Shown here: positions 1-12,360 of the stretch, piece by piece | How the letters are laid out: each line of letters opens with the position of its first letter | Position numbering within the stretch: the stretch's first letter is position 1 | From: Rhina ancylostomus | Lineage: Eukaryota | Assembly (NCBI GenBank): GCA_030265395.1 | Contig: JARFYF010000022.1 | Coordinates: 30,646,561 to 30,710,560 of the forward strand | Length of the DNA stretch: 64,000 bases | Reading direction: 5' to 3' | Made by a program: the position numbers and the translations under genes | Notes under the pieces: model-generated | Seen by the model: only the letters and a program-made list of their open reading frames with translations | Database searches by the model: none | Told to the model about the DNA's origin: nothing

Positions 1-149
1 CAGTTACTGCCTGTGTTTGTCCTGAGGAAGTATCCTGACTCCAGTCTTGTATCAGTGTGCTGCATTTGGATTCTCTGAGTTTGCTCCGGATCGACATTGT
101 GACATAAAGACTAAGAGTGGGATTATTCCAGGTAGCAATTAGTGGACAG

Positions 150-1300
150 ATTTGTGAGATACATGAAGAAACTTTAGCTTGATGAACTGAAGTAAATAAA
201 GTCTTCATTGAACCACCAACAGACAATGATTGTAGTGCAAAATGACTGATGGTATATGTCTGAAGAAACTAATGAATATAGAATAAAATCATCATACAAG
301 GTTAATATCACCTAATTTAGTGGAAGCAAAGAATTTTCTAAGACCCATGGTCATTTGATCTATATCTCAAACAAAATGGAATTGGTTTACTGAGTGTGAT
401 TTCCTTCTAGCATTGATACAAAGAAACAATGGAAAACTCACAAAGGTTACAGAAGACAGATAATGGACTAAAATGTACAGTTGCTGAGAGGTCCGAGAGC
501 TCACCATCATAAAGCTGATTATAAAAATCCCAGACAGCAGTAATACAGAAGTTGCAGGCAAGATAATGTTGGCTCAGCATACTTTATACTGATTAAGGTT
601 CCAGATATGATGTACAGATTTTTAAAAAAAATAAGCAGTAAAATGATGGACATAACTGATCTGAAATGTAACACTAGGTACGAAACCAAGAGAACATCAA
701 CCAATGAGACTAGTGTAGGTTCAGTTACTTTGTATGCACAGTTAGAAGGGGCAGAAGAGTGAAAGCAGCAATTGGATCAAGTAAAGGAAGCAAAGGAATT
801 TCAAAGACTCACAGTCACTTGATCTATAGTGTCAAACAAAGTGGAAATGCTTTACAGATTGTGATTTCTTTCCACGAAGAGGTAGTTTTGGCAAGTAGTC
901 GAGTGCTCATGGGATCAGAGGTGGGTGTAAAGGCTGATTGATAAGTTATTCAAGGTCATTCAGGAGAACAAAGGATTTAGAATTAGTGTTAGCCTGATCA
1001 GCAGCTGAACATCACCATTGGAGCAATTATTGAGTGAAAACTGAAGTCAGCAAGAATGGTATTTTCAGCAGTGTTGATAGATTTGATCCTGCTTGATACA
1101 GGGTTGAAAGATTTGAGAAAGTTATCAAGATCTGGAGAGTGATAGAGAAAACAGATAAAATGAATGAGGTGAGGGAGAGTATTTTTAGTTGTGGAAGCTA
1201 AATGTTGGATGATTGAAATGAGCTAACAGCTAAAACAGCTGAATCATCAGATTGTGAAAGGATATGCATGGATTGTGCATTAACTCTGCCTTTAGTCGGG
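150..1300 (-). mobile_element. Ancient, heavily decayed L2-type LINE reverse transcriptase fragment
   Basis: Minus-strand translation gives degenerate RT motifs in the expected order: LSTLLK (~1060-1080), LLDPIAAF (761-784; cf. LLDLSAAFD), VSYL (~675-690; cf. WFxSYL), QQLYI (472-486; cf. YADDTQLY), WWFNEDF (~200-220; cf. WMxxNxL). Many stops and frameshifts. Confidence 0.65.
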
Positions 1301-2599
1301 AAGGTGTAAGAAGAGAATTAAAGTCAGATACAAATGAAACAAGGTACTAATATTAAACAAATAAAAAGAGAGTGATTGACAGAATTGAAATCTGAGTGGA
1401 TGCTACAATGTCTGCAGAAGTACAAGTCAAGGAAGTATGAGGAAACTGAATATACAGGTTTCCAAAGTGGTTATAAGATACAAATGTTTATGTTGTTTGT
1501 GATATTATTGGGAAAAAGGATAAAAAAAACAAGTCCCATTGGAACAATAAGCAATGCACCCATGACACTTCAGGAGAATATTGTGACACTGAGGCTGCAC
1601 AGACATCAGTGATATATATAAAAACAGAGAGCATGAGTTGGCATCATTTGTTCAAACTTTTTCCTAACCTAGGAAGGTTATAATTACACTGCTTCTGCAT
1701 TTGAATGAGATAGTTTGCTCTTTCAAACCAGCAGTCAAATTGTGTACTTATTTCCCTACAATATAGAACTGCAAGTAAATCATTTGGTAAATTAAACCAG
1801 AATAGTCCAAATGATCCATGACAATCAGGTTAAGGTGAGAACCATCAATCTTCACAAAAATTATTATTATCCTCCTCTATTCAAACAGTAATATTATACT
1901 CCACTTGTTCATGGTCATTGCTGCTAAATATCAAAATTCAATTGATTCTTGAAAGGCAGTCTTTGCAAATGCGAAAACTTCCATTTATCATTCACAAACT
2001 GCCTTTCCAAACTGAACAGAATGTTTAAAAATTAGAATTGAATAAGTAAAACACACAGGCTGCAGCAGAAAGGATTTATGACCTCTTCTGTGTACATATG
2101 CTTTATTTTATTTCTCCGAAAGACTTTCTGGAAAGGTACAAGGTGATCTATAGGCTTTATAGAGCAAACCTTTTTCTAACCTTCATTTTGAAAGATTGCT
2201 CCACCTTTGGTCCCCATAGAGTAACTGAGTCACATAAACCTGAAAAATCCCACATTCCATTCAAATCCACTCTAAATTAGTTTATTGCCAATACACAGGT
2301 ACATAATACATTTGTCTCAATAACCCTGACCTAAGTACTGAAAAAATTAGCTGGGACTCCTGCTCCAAATTAAGCACTGATATACTCCCACAGTCAATTA
2401 ACCACTCACTTCAAATTCACCTCAGGGAGGTACCAGGAGTTTACCAGTGTCTATGAATTTATACCAGTACAAGTCAGCACCTTCAAATAAGTCATTTGTG
2501 ATACTGATAGAGGAAAAAGGAATGTCTTTGTAGTGACTATATGTGTGTTTAACTTTATAAATGATTTGAAAATCTTCTGTCTTTGTTCTCATAAAATGT

Positions 2600-4740
2600 T
2601 GTAGATTTACATTTCAGTCTGAAAATTTCAGCATTTGCTATGGCTCGTGGAAATAAAGGTGGAGATAACAAACTCAATTCACACATATGCCTGAATATTT
2701 CAACCCAGTATTTTCTGCACCAAATTAGGAAAGAGACTTACTAGCTCTTCCATTGACCAAAAGAAAGAAAACAGTAAAAACAGGAATTTCATGTGTGAAA
2801 TAAAATTCCCTTTATTCCTGAAGCAACATGCTACTTGAATGTGACTACAGGTCAGATAGTTAACCCAACATAAATGGTTATCTTTCAATGAATGTGCATC
2901 AACTGTGGCTAGTGTTTGCCCTGGGGCTACCAGTTGCACTGTAATTATGTGCAGAATCCATAAATCCTTAACATTTCCTGTCTGTTTCCAGCTTATCCAT
3001 CACAGACTTCAAAACATCAGATCCCTGTCCCATTTTCAGTTTCTCCAGATCCTTTAAGAACACATTGAGAGTGGAAATTATGCAGTTTTGATCCAACATG
3101 ATGGAAAGTGCAGCAAAGCTGAAAAAGAAACAGTTTTGAACATCACCCTGTGGGTCATATTCTGATCGTTTACTTGGGCTGTAACTGAAAGAACAAATTA
3201 AATTAGGGAAAAAAATGAATGGTACATTATCCAAACACTATCCAAATGGTATAAATAGCTTTCTCAGCAAAGTGTTTCTGGACCAAAAGTGTCATTCTTT
3301 CCTGACACATTAGACTGAAAAGGGCTTGATGGCAAGGCTGGAGCAAGTTTATATGAACTGTGTAGGTGGTTGATCCTTTGCTGCCAAGAAGACCAACGTA
3401 TCTTTTCAGCTCATTTGTCATGAATAACACAGCATTTTTCCAACGAAAATGACTGAGATTACCTGTACCAAAGCAAGCTCACAGATTCTAACATTTCTAG
3501 AGCTTGGGTGAGAAAATAATCTTGATCCGCCTAAGCAAATCTCTCGACAATAAGCAAAGAATTTCACTGGTTCCAGTTTCACCTTTACCCTCCACAAACA
3601 TCTAGATCTGAATGCTGACAAGTGCAACACAAATATAAGAAGTATGCACTTAACAATGGCTAAAAGGTAAAAACTATTTTGCAAGATTCCATTCATGATC
3701 TGAAGCCTCACTAGATAGTACTTGTCCCTGGAATATCTGAACCCTATCTTTGAACTGCATTCTCATGTAGTTAGACTCGGTATTCCATACTGGAAGCAGA
3801 ATCTCACAGAAGTACTCCAATAAAATATATTGAGACAAGGCTGTATAAATCATTATGGGGGATCAATAGCACAGGATTGGTATTGGCCCAAGCTAAATGT
3901 TTTGATTTGAGGAATAGACTTTAAAAGAAACAGGTCAAGCAAGCATGAGGATGGATTTTAAATGTGTTACTCTGATAAGAGTACCACTGGGGATATAATA
4001 GCAGGACCCTGTAATGATTGGAGAGTTCTATGTTCCCCTCCACTGTGCTCTCCACATTCATTCATTACCCCCAAAAAAGTACTCCAATTCCCTTGTTTCT
4101 TTTAATTTAAATGTTATTGCCCTGATATTACTTTCACTTCAGATCAAAGCAATCTGAAATGCTGAAATTCAAAATTCAAAGTTTGTCTCAATGTCCTTCA
4201 CCACTGAAAGAATCTTAACTCAAAACATAGGTAATTTAGACCTTGAATGATGGTGTAAAACAGGCAATACCAAAGGAAGTGATAAGTTGATGGCTGAATC
4301 CATATTGCATATGGTAAACAGTCACAAAGCTCAAACCAACCCAATATTCAAATAATGCAAATGCAAGAGATTGCCGATGAAAAAAGCATTCAAACCATCA
4401 AGGTCATTCTATCCACAGAAAATGCAGTTTATTAGAGGTACAACTCCAACCATTTCATCTGCTGATGAATGTTGTTGCAAAATTCATCACCATCTCAATA
4501 ATGTAAAATAATATTCATTAAAAAAACCATCTACATTACATCAGGTACACTAGTTGCCTTTCTGGCTGCAGTAAATTCATAGTCAGTTTAGTGAGGAGCT
4601 GACATAATTCACAAAACCAAATAATGTAGTTTATCAGTATTATCTCACAAACAATACTGAAAGACATAGTCTGCCCAAACTTCCAAAATATTTTATAACA
4701 ACGAATGCTTGAGTGCTGCAAACAAAGCTGCAGCACTTAC
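2600..4740 (-). mobile_element. Probable ancient hAT-family (ZNF862/TTF-type) transposase fossil, interrupted
   Basis: Minus-strand ORF pieces in hAT order: WFCELC (zinc-finger-like, ORF 4536-4736), YTVHINL (cf. CxAHxLNL, ORF 3227-3430), FAALSIML...LEKLKMGQG (cf. LSxxFQ...LExLKxxxG, ORF 2968-3234), FFW...FPNL (dimerisation-domain-like, ORF 2700-2939). Motifs are degenerate. Confidence 0.4.
3850..4015 (+). mobile_element. Decayed CR1 LINE RT fragment
   Basis: aaaagaaacaggtc and agagtaccactgggg...gcaggaccctg resemble CR1 RKQRV and SGVPQGSVLGP coding sequence. Confidence 0.45.
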
Positions 4741-5329
4741 AGATATAGAAAGAACTCCAAAGATTACATTTTCATGGCATTCTGTTGTATCAGAGGTANN
4801 NNNNNNNNNNNNNNNNNNNNNNNNNNGGCTTTAATGGCAATTGAAAGCCTTTAGTTAAATATTTGACTCAATTGTCTTTACCATTTAACAGCTGCTCTAT
4901 CTGAATGGTTCTGTTTGCTGCCAAGCTGCTTCTTTATAGGAAACAAATGTAGGGCCCGCTCACTGTGCACTGACATAATTGAGTTTAACGCTCTCATCCA
5001 AAAACTATGCTCTTTGAATTGTAGAGGTCAAATTACCTCTCCAATCAGGCAATCAATATGTTGAGAAAGTAGAAGAAGCTGCCAGGATCTGTTAGAAGTA
5101 AATTTGATTACCAAACACAGACTGCTCTCTTCCCAATATCATGGGATACATTACTGGTACAGCTTCACCACACACTGAAAATTCAAGCTTGCATGTGACA
5201 GCAACAGTTTTTTACCCAAATCAATTTTCAGCTGTCCTCCTGAAAGCATGTATTTTGCTAGCACCTCATCAAAGTAACCATTGTTCATTGTAAACCTAAT
5301 CAATGAGAATTGTAAGCTATTAAACCATA

Positions 5330-5580
5330 AAATATGGTAGGGATACTCACAACTGAGCCTAACCATTTTTCTCACCCGTGTCCCCACATTCATATTTTGC
5401 AGCAGAAGTCAATCATGAGTGGATACTGGCTGATTTTCATCTTCCCTCCTTCAACCAATAGTACTGACATTAATTATTCAATTTAACACTTACTACAGTC
5501 AAAATGACTAATTTAGACCAGGACAGGCAAAATCCTGGGTTCTTAATCTATGTGGGTCAGTATCATATCAGACAGTCACA
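5330..5580 (-). mobile_element. Diverged tRNA-derived SINE-like element (same family as 10470-10760 and 53760-54010)
   Basis: The reverse complement shares blocks such as aaaatcagccag..atcc and tgac(c/t)(c/t)ctgctg with the plus-strand copies. Confidence 0.45.
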
Positions 5581-5596
5581 GCGGTGGTTTAAAGAG

Positions 5597-6525
5597 TCAA
5601 CTAATGATTCCTGGATGAGACATAATTTACTGAGTTACACAAGTTTTATATCACAACTAAGACACTGATTCATGGTTAATATATGTGTCCCTATTGAAAT
5701 GTAGTGGGATCTCAAATGACAATCGCATTGTAATTAAAAATAGAAAATGCTGGAAATACTCAACAGATCAAGCAGTATCTATGCAGAGAAAAACAGAGCG
5801 GATATTCCACAGAATTATCATTCCAATGATATTACAGTTTGCCATGCTGGCATTTTCTGCTCCTATTTCAGATTTCCAGCATCTGTCATATTTTGCTTTC
5901 CTATTATAATATAATGGGGTCATTAACCTTTCCAAAGAAAATCAGGAAAACTACGAACTGAAATGAGCCAATAGTAATGCACTCTGGGCAGCAAGATCAT
6001 GTGAAAGATGCAGCATAAAAGAACACCACATGTAAGAGCTGAACGATGCCTAATGGACCTTCAGTGGCATGATTTATGCAGGTTAAGCAAAAGAAGAACA
6101 GATTGCTTGGAAACTGTTTTCACATATCAGAATCTTTTCCATCCAGAAGTCGCTGTTTCTTTCAAGCTTTTGCCTCATTGAGCAGAATTTCAAACTTGAA
6201 TTTGGTAAATTTGATACTGGCTGCAGGATAGCTTTTCTTCAAAACAAGAAAAATAACAACTTGCAGAATCAGACAAACAAGGCTCATGGACTAGGTTAAT
6301 GCTCTAGTTTCCTGCAGAAAAATCTTGAGTGCTTTGCTATGTAATGCTGAATCCACAATGATACACAGGTTAAAGAGTGCAATTCAACAAGCTTGACTTC
6401 ACAGGAAATTTTCAAGCATCTTCCTGTGACCAAACTTTCAGAGCCAAATCTATCATTTTTCCAAATGAACAGCATGTTAATTGCAGGTCAATTCCTGGAA
6501 TTCAACTAATGATTCCTGGATGAGA
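5597..6525 (+). repeat. 24-bp exact direct repeat pair (5597-5620 and 6502-6525)
   Basis: tcaactaatgattcctggatgaga occurs at both positions, followed by cataat and tgtaat respectively. Confidence 0.9.
5735..5902. mobile_element. Penelope-like terminal-repeat palindrome, decayed (copy 1)
   Basis: Left arm gaaaatgctggaaatactcaacagatcaagcagtatctatgcagagaaaaacagag; right arm gcattttctg...tttcagatttccagcatctg. The centre is deleted. Confidence 0.75.
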
Positions 6526-7409
6526 TGTAATCTCTGTATTATTAAACTTGAATTAAGATTAGGGGGCTCTGAAAAATAAATTATCTCCTTAGGAGAGTAA
6601 TAAATTAAGCTAGTTAGTGAGAAATGGTAGTATTTGGAGAAATGCTACACCAAACTGGAAGCCAATAAGTGCATGGGAGCTGCTGGCATGAGTAAGCTGC
6701 TTTGGTTCTCATCACATGATTTATTTTCCTCTCTATTGCTCCTCCCAAATTATCTTCTGTTTATATCATTTGAGGTTTCTTACTTAATTTCTTTTTTGGA
6801 ATCAGTAGTCCACTCATCTATTCCAGAACATGTGGAATCATTGAAAATTCATAAACAAGAACAAATGTATGTATTTTCCTTGCAGAAATACACACAAAAG
6901 GTTGTTTGTTACCTGCAGAAGTTCCTCAAAGGTTCAACAATAAATGATGGATACTTAACTATATGATAAAATTGGAAATTTTTATATTCCACAAGTACAA
7001 AAATGATTCTGGTAGTTAGTTACAGAACCAGTTTAGTCAGAATTTCTTTATAATGCTTGGCTTCAGCTCCATTTCTCTGTCTGTTATAGTCAGACCTCAT
7101 CACTTTTTGACAACGTACTGGCGTTAAATTGCACAGAGTGCCAAACCCAAGTGACATGAGCCTGCATTCTCTGGAGCTGTCTAATTGCTCGCTCCAGAGT
7201 CAGTAAATGGACTCCATGTGCAGAGCAATGATATTATTTAATGGTGAATCTAGCTCACAGGCTGAATGGCTTGCTCCTGATCTTACATCAGTCATCCTTT
7301 TGTTTTATTATTGTATTCGTTCATTACCTAGACATTGAAAGTGACATTATCGAGGTTACTCCCAAATGCCTTTTGGATAATTCGATTTCATTCATTACGT
7401 ACTTATGAT

Positions 7410-7610
7410 GCACATGTTCTCAGCCTACATTTTTCAAGGTTGAATTTCAATTGCAATTTGTCTCTCTGATTATGTAACCAGTCTAAATCCTTCTGCCGGA
7501 CTTTTGTTACATTATCTCCTTCAATACATTCCCTAGATTTGTGCCTTCAGCAAATCTGGCAATTTGTACTGGTGTCAATATCCAAGTTGTTAAGAAACAA
7601 TAGAAATCCA
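7410..7610 (-). mobile_element. Decayed CR1 LINE RT fragment
   Basis: Minus strand ccagatttgctgaaggcaca reads RFAEGT (cf. KFADDT). Downstream ttgaaattcaaccttgaaaaatgt resembles MxFNxxKC. Confidence 0.6.
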
Positions 7611-7907
7611 CTTCCCCCATATTATATTACATATCTCTGGGTTAATTTTAACCCAGGGTTATAATATAAAATGAATATTGGATTAGCCATCAGTTGTAAA
7701 TCTTTGCCTAATTTCTATTTCCTCTATCTTCAAATCAGGAGAGGTGTATAATGATTGACCACAGTTATCTGCAATCTTAAATGATGTCATTTTCAATATT
7801 AGTGTTTTAGAAGATATTATCACAAAATATATTTTATGTAACCTGATACTGTTGTCATTTAAAATTAATTTCATTGTACAATATTGAAAGATATTTTTTC
7901 AGATATA

Positions 7908-8088
7908 AAACAAAAAATGTTGGTGATACCCAACAGGTCAGGTAGCATCTGTGAAGCAAGAAATAAAGTTAACATTTCAGGTTAGTGAACTTTCATTAGA
8001 AAATTAACCCTGTTTCTCTCTCCATACATGCTGAGTATCAACACCATTTTCTGTTTTTAGTTCAGTATCTGGATTTTTTTTGCCTTAC
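7908..8088. mobile_element. Penelope-like terminal-repeat palindrome with TSD (copy 2)
   Basis: Inverted arms caggtcaggtagcatctgtgaagcaagaaataaagttaac / ttaaccctgtttctctctccatacatgctg. Flanked by attttttcagatata (7893-7907) and attttctcaaatata (8089-8103), 13/15 identical. Confidence 0.8.
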
Positions 8089-8999
8089 ATTTTCTCAAAT
8101 ATATTACATAGATACTGTATCTGAAATATAGCTTTTCTCACCTCTTTCACACAATAGGAGCAGATTAGACAAGGCAGCCTTCGCAAGATTATTTTACGCA
8201 ATGCTTAAAGTTTAACTCTTGATTTGTTAGAACAGTAATCTGCGCTCAGTAGTGCATTTGATAAGGAATTAAAGGCAGTAAATTTATATTCACAAGAACT
8301 ATAACAGAAGTTAATTAATAATTGCAATGCCCTATATTTACAGTAAACCAAAGTACATTTGATTGCTGCAAATCCTATGGATCCTCACCTTTGCCCCAAG
8401 AGATTTCTTTGTGGTTGTAGACAGTGACGTGCATTATTTCCTTAAGAACCTCAGACTATGGGTGATTTTGCACATTCTCTTCATTGCCTTCAACATCTTT
8501 GATTTATCAAGCATTTCTTACTATATGACTTGAAAATCCTTAGTGATGTAAAGAAAGAGGATACTTCCTTGCCTGTAGCCCTTTCATTGTTACAAACATA
8601 CATCTGATTTCCAACAGATGTGTCCAGATGGCATAAAGATGTTTTGTTCAATTGCAATTCATATATTGCACAAAATCCATATTCATGGTGTCGAGCCCCC
8701 AACACGCAAACAGCTAAGGCCCAGAAGTAAGCTTTCTGCAATTTGTTAAGATTGATATCCAGGAAGATCTAGGAAAGATGGATCATTCCAATTGCAAGAT
8801 TCCTTTCATGTTGCTACATGATACCTGTATACAGGAAGCCCGCAGCACAAGCATAGGCCTTACCACAATATAAAAACAGCTGTTATGTGGTAGCTTCCTA
8901 ATGATGATAGGATACAATGTGAAGCTTTATACAAGAGTGGTTTATGTACAAGAGGAGCATCTAAATATTTTTGTTGTTTTTAAAAGTAGAAATTATGCA

Positions 9000-9700
9000 C
9001 AAGATCACTGAATTTTACAGCATTGAAGGACAACAGCAACGTTAATTTATAGGGTGGTAAAACTTCAAAGTGCTAGTCGCAAAAGGAGATATTAATGCAG
9101 ATGACCGAAAGCTAGATCAATGAGACAGACTTTGGAGCATCTTAAAAGGGGAAAGAGAGTTAGAGATGTGTAAGGAGTGAATTCCAAAGCAAGGTTTGAC
9201 AGCTGAAAGCATGTTCCAAAGGTCAGACCTGGAGAAAGACTGACATCTTGGGGAGTAGAGGTCATGACAGAGGTTGGAAAGCAAACTTGAAAACAAAAAT
9301 GAGAACTTTAAATTTAAAGTCAGTTAGCTCGGGATGATGGATGAATGAAAGTTGGTGAGTTTCAAGAATGGTCAAGCAGAATTTTGAAAGACCTCAAGTT
9401 TATGGAACAAGGAAGGCCAGTCAGGTGTGTGATAGAATAGTCAAGTCTAGAAATAACAATGTCATGGATGAGGTTTTAGGCAGAAGATGAGATGGGATTG
9501 GGGTGGGACAAGATGATACAATGAAGCTGGGATTAGACATCCTTGAGAACGAGATAGAAATGTGGTCCAAAGCTCATTTTATGGTCAAATATAATCCCAA
9601 AATAGCAAACGGTCTGATTCAGCCTCATTCATGTACTCAAGAATGAATCTCATGGTGAGGGAAAAAAGCTTGTAATAAGGTCCAAATACAATAGCTTCAA
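9000..9700 (-). mobile_element. Decayed L2 LINE 3' region
   Basis: Purine-rich plus strand typical of an antisense L2 3' end (gagcatcttaaaagggg..., gaattccaaagc...cagctgaaagca, gaatagtcaagtctaga...tggatgaggttt). Similar to 50697-51670. Confidence 0.65.
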
Positions 9701-10469
9701 TAGCCTTAGTCAATTCTATTTAGCCATGCCTCTATTCCTATGACCCTATTCCAATTTTGAAAACTAATGGACTGGAATTAACATTTTGCTTAGTCCCCTC
9801 TCTCCCCCTCCCCCCCCCCAGCCTCCCTATTTTCTCCAACCATGTCTGGCGTTAGGTCTATTTAAATTCTTCCACATCCCGCTCCCTGAACATTATTTTA
9901 CAAATCATCATTTTCAAGTCATTATTTTTCATGGGAAGCACTAGATAAATGCATGGGCTTTTTTTTTTACATGCTTGACACAGCAATAAGATTGGGCATA
10001 CACAATATGCTAACTTGGTGTCCAAAAAGTTTTTACACATCATCATATGAAAGCAAGGTTTCAGGGGAATTTACAGTGGGTGTCACTTTGGCCTATCTGT
10101 TCATGTAGATTGCTACAGGACTGGGAAGAGTAATCTTTTTTAAGTAGCAGACACTATGGTACACTTCAGATCATGGTAGCATGAGGTAACTATTATCATT
10201 TGTGAGAGCTCGACAGGTGGGTCACATGAAAGGTCACTACAATTTGGCTCACAGGACTAGACACAAGGTTTTCATTATTTTCAAGTCAAACAAGAGCAGT
10301 GTTTTGAGAAAATAACATTACTCAGTAATAGCTACCAATGAGATTATAAATCGCGAATCACTTCAGCAGAATGTTTCATTCACTCAGCTGAGAAAGCCTT
10401 CCTGGACTTAATGCTGATGTAACAAGCCACAGCTAAAGACTTCCCCAATGCTTCAATGCCTTATGTGAA

Positions 10470-10760
10470 ATTGAGATATACAAGCATGGAAGGGTTTTAG
10501 GTTCAATCCTCATTAGCACTCAGGAAAGTGAGCAGTTATGTAGTAGTTGGGATACAAGAACTGGCCTATAGCTCCATCGGCTGGGATATGAAAATTCAAC
10601 CAGGTTTCCTCCTATAGATTGCTTTCCAATCACCCCTGCTGCCAAATACAATGATGAAAAGGAACAAAATCAGGCTTGGTTATGATGCTGTTGTTTCCCC
10701 CAACAGAACTCAATGCCAAATAGTCAGTTAATGTAATCCAAACTCACACATGAAGGAAAG
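10470..10760 (+). mobile_element. Diverged tRNA-derived SINE-like element
   Basis: B-box-like ggttcaatcct at ~10500. The body (ctggcct...ggctggg...aaaattcaaccaggtttcctcc...tccaatcacccctgctg) matches 53760-54010. Confidence 0.55.
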
Positions 10761-11559
10761 CAGCATTAAGCAAAGTACAGCAGGACAAGTGGAGTTCATC
10801 ACAAGCCACTGTGTTCCAGAGAAGAGGATGAAAAATGGAAACAAAGTTCAAAAACAAAATTAGGAAGGAGAAAAGTCTGAGAAAGTAAAGAAATGAAAGA
10901 TTCTGAGATATAAGGCAAGTGATTAAAGTGGGTGAAAAAACAAACCACAAATTCTAGATGGGGCTTAGGCCACTTGACTTTCTTGCAATCTACAGCAGGT
11001 GAGAATTCAAAACTTGCATTTGTGTCAAGAAACAGTTCTTTGGTTATCCCTTGATTTATAGACTGGTAACCTGCAGTTTTCCCAGTTTATAACTGTTGCT
11101 AGAACTATTCCAGATAAAGCATTAGTCTAATGCCTTTGGCACGTAAAAGTAGGACCTATTCTAAGCAACAGCCCTGACTGTACATAAATGCTCTGGACAA
11201 TTTGTGCTTAGCTCACTAATTCTAGGCAGCTACAGTCTGTGAAAAAATTCTCTCAATGTTGTTTCTAATGTATTAGGTTACAAGTAGAGCAAAAGGAGCA
11301 ACATGATTGCTGAAGAGCTACTGTAAAAATAATGCATTAGAGACATCATTTCATTCAGGTTCTATCCCCCTATGGGTATGCTTCAGCATTGTCAGCATTA
11401 ATGAATTCATAGAATAGACATTTTAAAATGTTTAAATTGAATGGCGGTGTCACACACTATTTCCTGATAAATACACTCACACAGTACCAAAGAGCATCAA
11501 AATTTTGGACACTAACATACAGTAATAACCATCATTGGATCTTTTACAGAGGACTGAGT

Positions 11560-12360
11560 TGCCAGCCAGTTCTTGATCACAGCAACCAAACCTACTCCAA
11601 AGTCCCACTGTATTGTTCAACTTGTGCTATATTGCTGCAAGTAGTTCACCAATCAGATAAATCTTGCACTCTTTGCACAAATTTTCAGATGAACTCAATG
11701 TCATCCCAATATCAGCAGCAATTTTCAAATTTTTTTCAAAGTTTAAAAATTTACCTAATAAATAGATATCTCACAACAAGTGGCTGTACAGTGGGACAGT
11801 ATGACACCTCCTTCTCAATATATCTCACTCTGTTTGCCAAAATATAAGCACCACCACTTTGGGAACCATTCCCAGCTTTATTGTTGTTTCAATAAGCTTC
11901 CTAACAAAATTAAGCTTAATGGAGTGCAGCAGTAAGGATAATACTAAAGTCTAAATGTAGGAGGAAACTATAACTGAAAGAATTTCAGCTGACTATAATA
12001 AAATTGCATCAGTTTCTTGCAAACTAGGCATTAGTAATGACTACTTCAATGGATACATGGTGAAAATACCAGGAAGGAGCAGGAACTCATCAGATAACAT
12101 TTTCAAAGAGGCAAGAAGAGTCAAAAGCCTCTTTTTGTGATGTGTCGTTTTATGATACTTAGATACTTATCACTATTATTTCAGACAGTACATCTGAGCC
12201 TCACAAAATTGGCACATCTAAAATAGATGGCTGGATTTTTAGTCACTCCATCAGAAACAAAACAGCAAATTCTTCACAATGCTATGAAAAATAAAACTTA
12301 AAGCCTTGAACAGTCACATTTAAAGCTACAGGGTTTGGATGATCCCATCTCTGAAGTTCA
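11560..12360 (-). mobile_element. Probable second ancient hAT transposase fossil (C-terminal half)
   Basis: Minus strand: SLQETDAILL (~12000-12030; cf. SxxLQxxxxDL), then NFEKNLKIAADIGMTLSSSENLCKEC and I*HKLNNTVG (~11600-11745; cf. FPNLxKLAxIxLTLPxSSAxCER...IKTKLRN). Confidence 0.4.

Noticed and set aside
2968-3119. Terminal exon of a host gene
   Set aside because: I recognise no host protein and found no partner exons. The context fits a transposase fossil better, so it is kept only as a possibility.
11037-11048. TCTTTGGTTATC, identical to the first 12 nt of miR-9
   Set aside because: The remaining mature sequence does not match and no miR-9 star arm follows.
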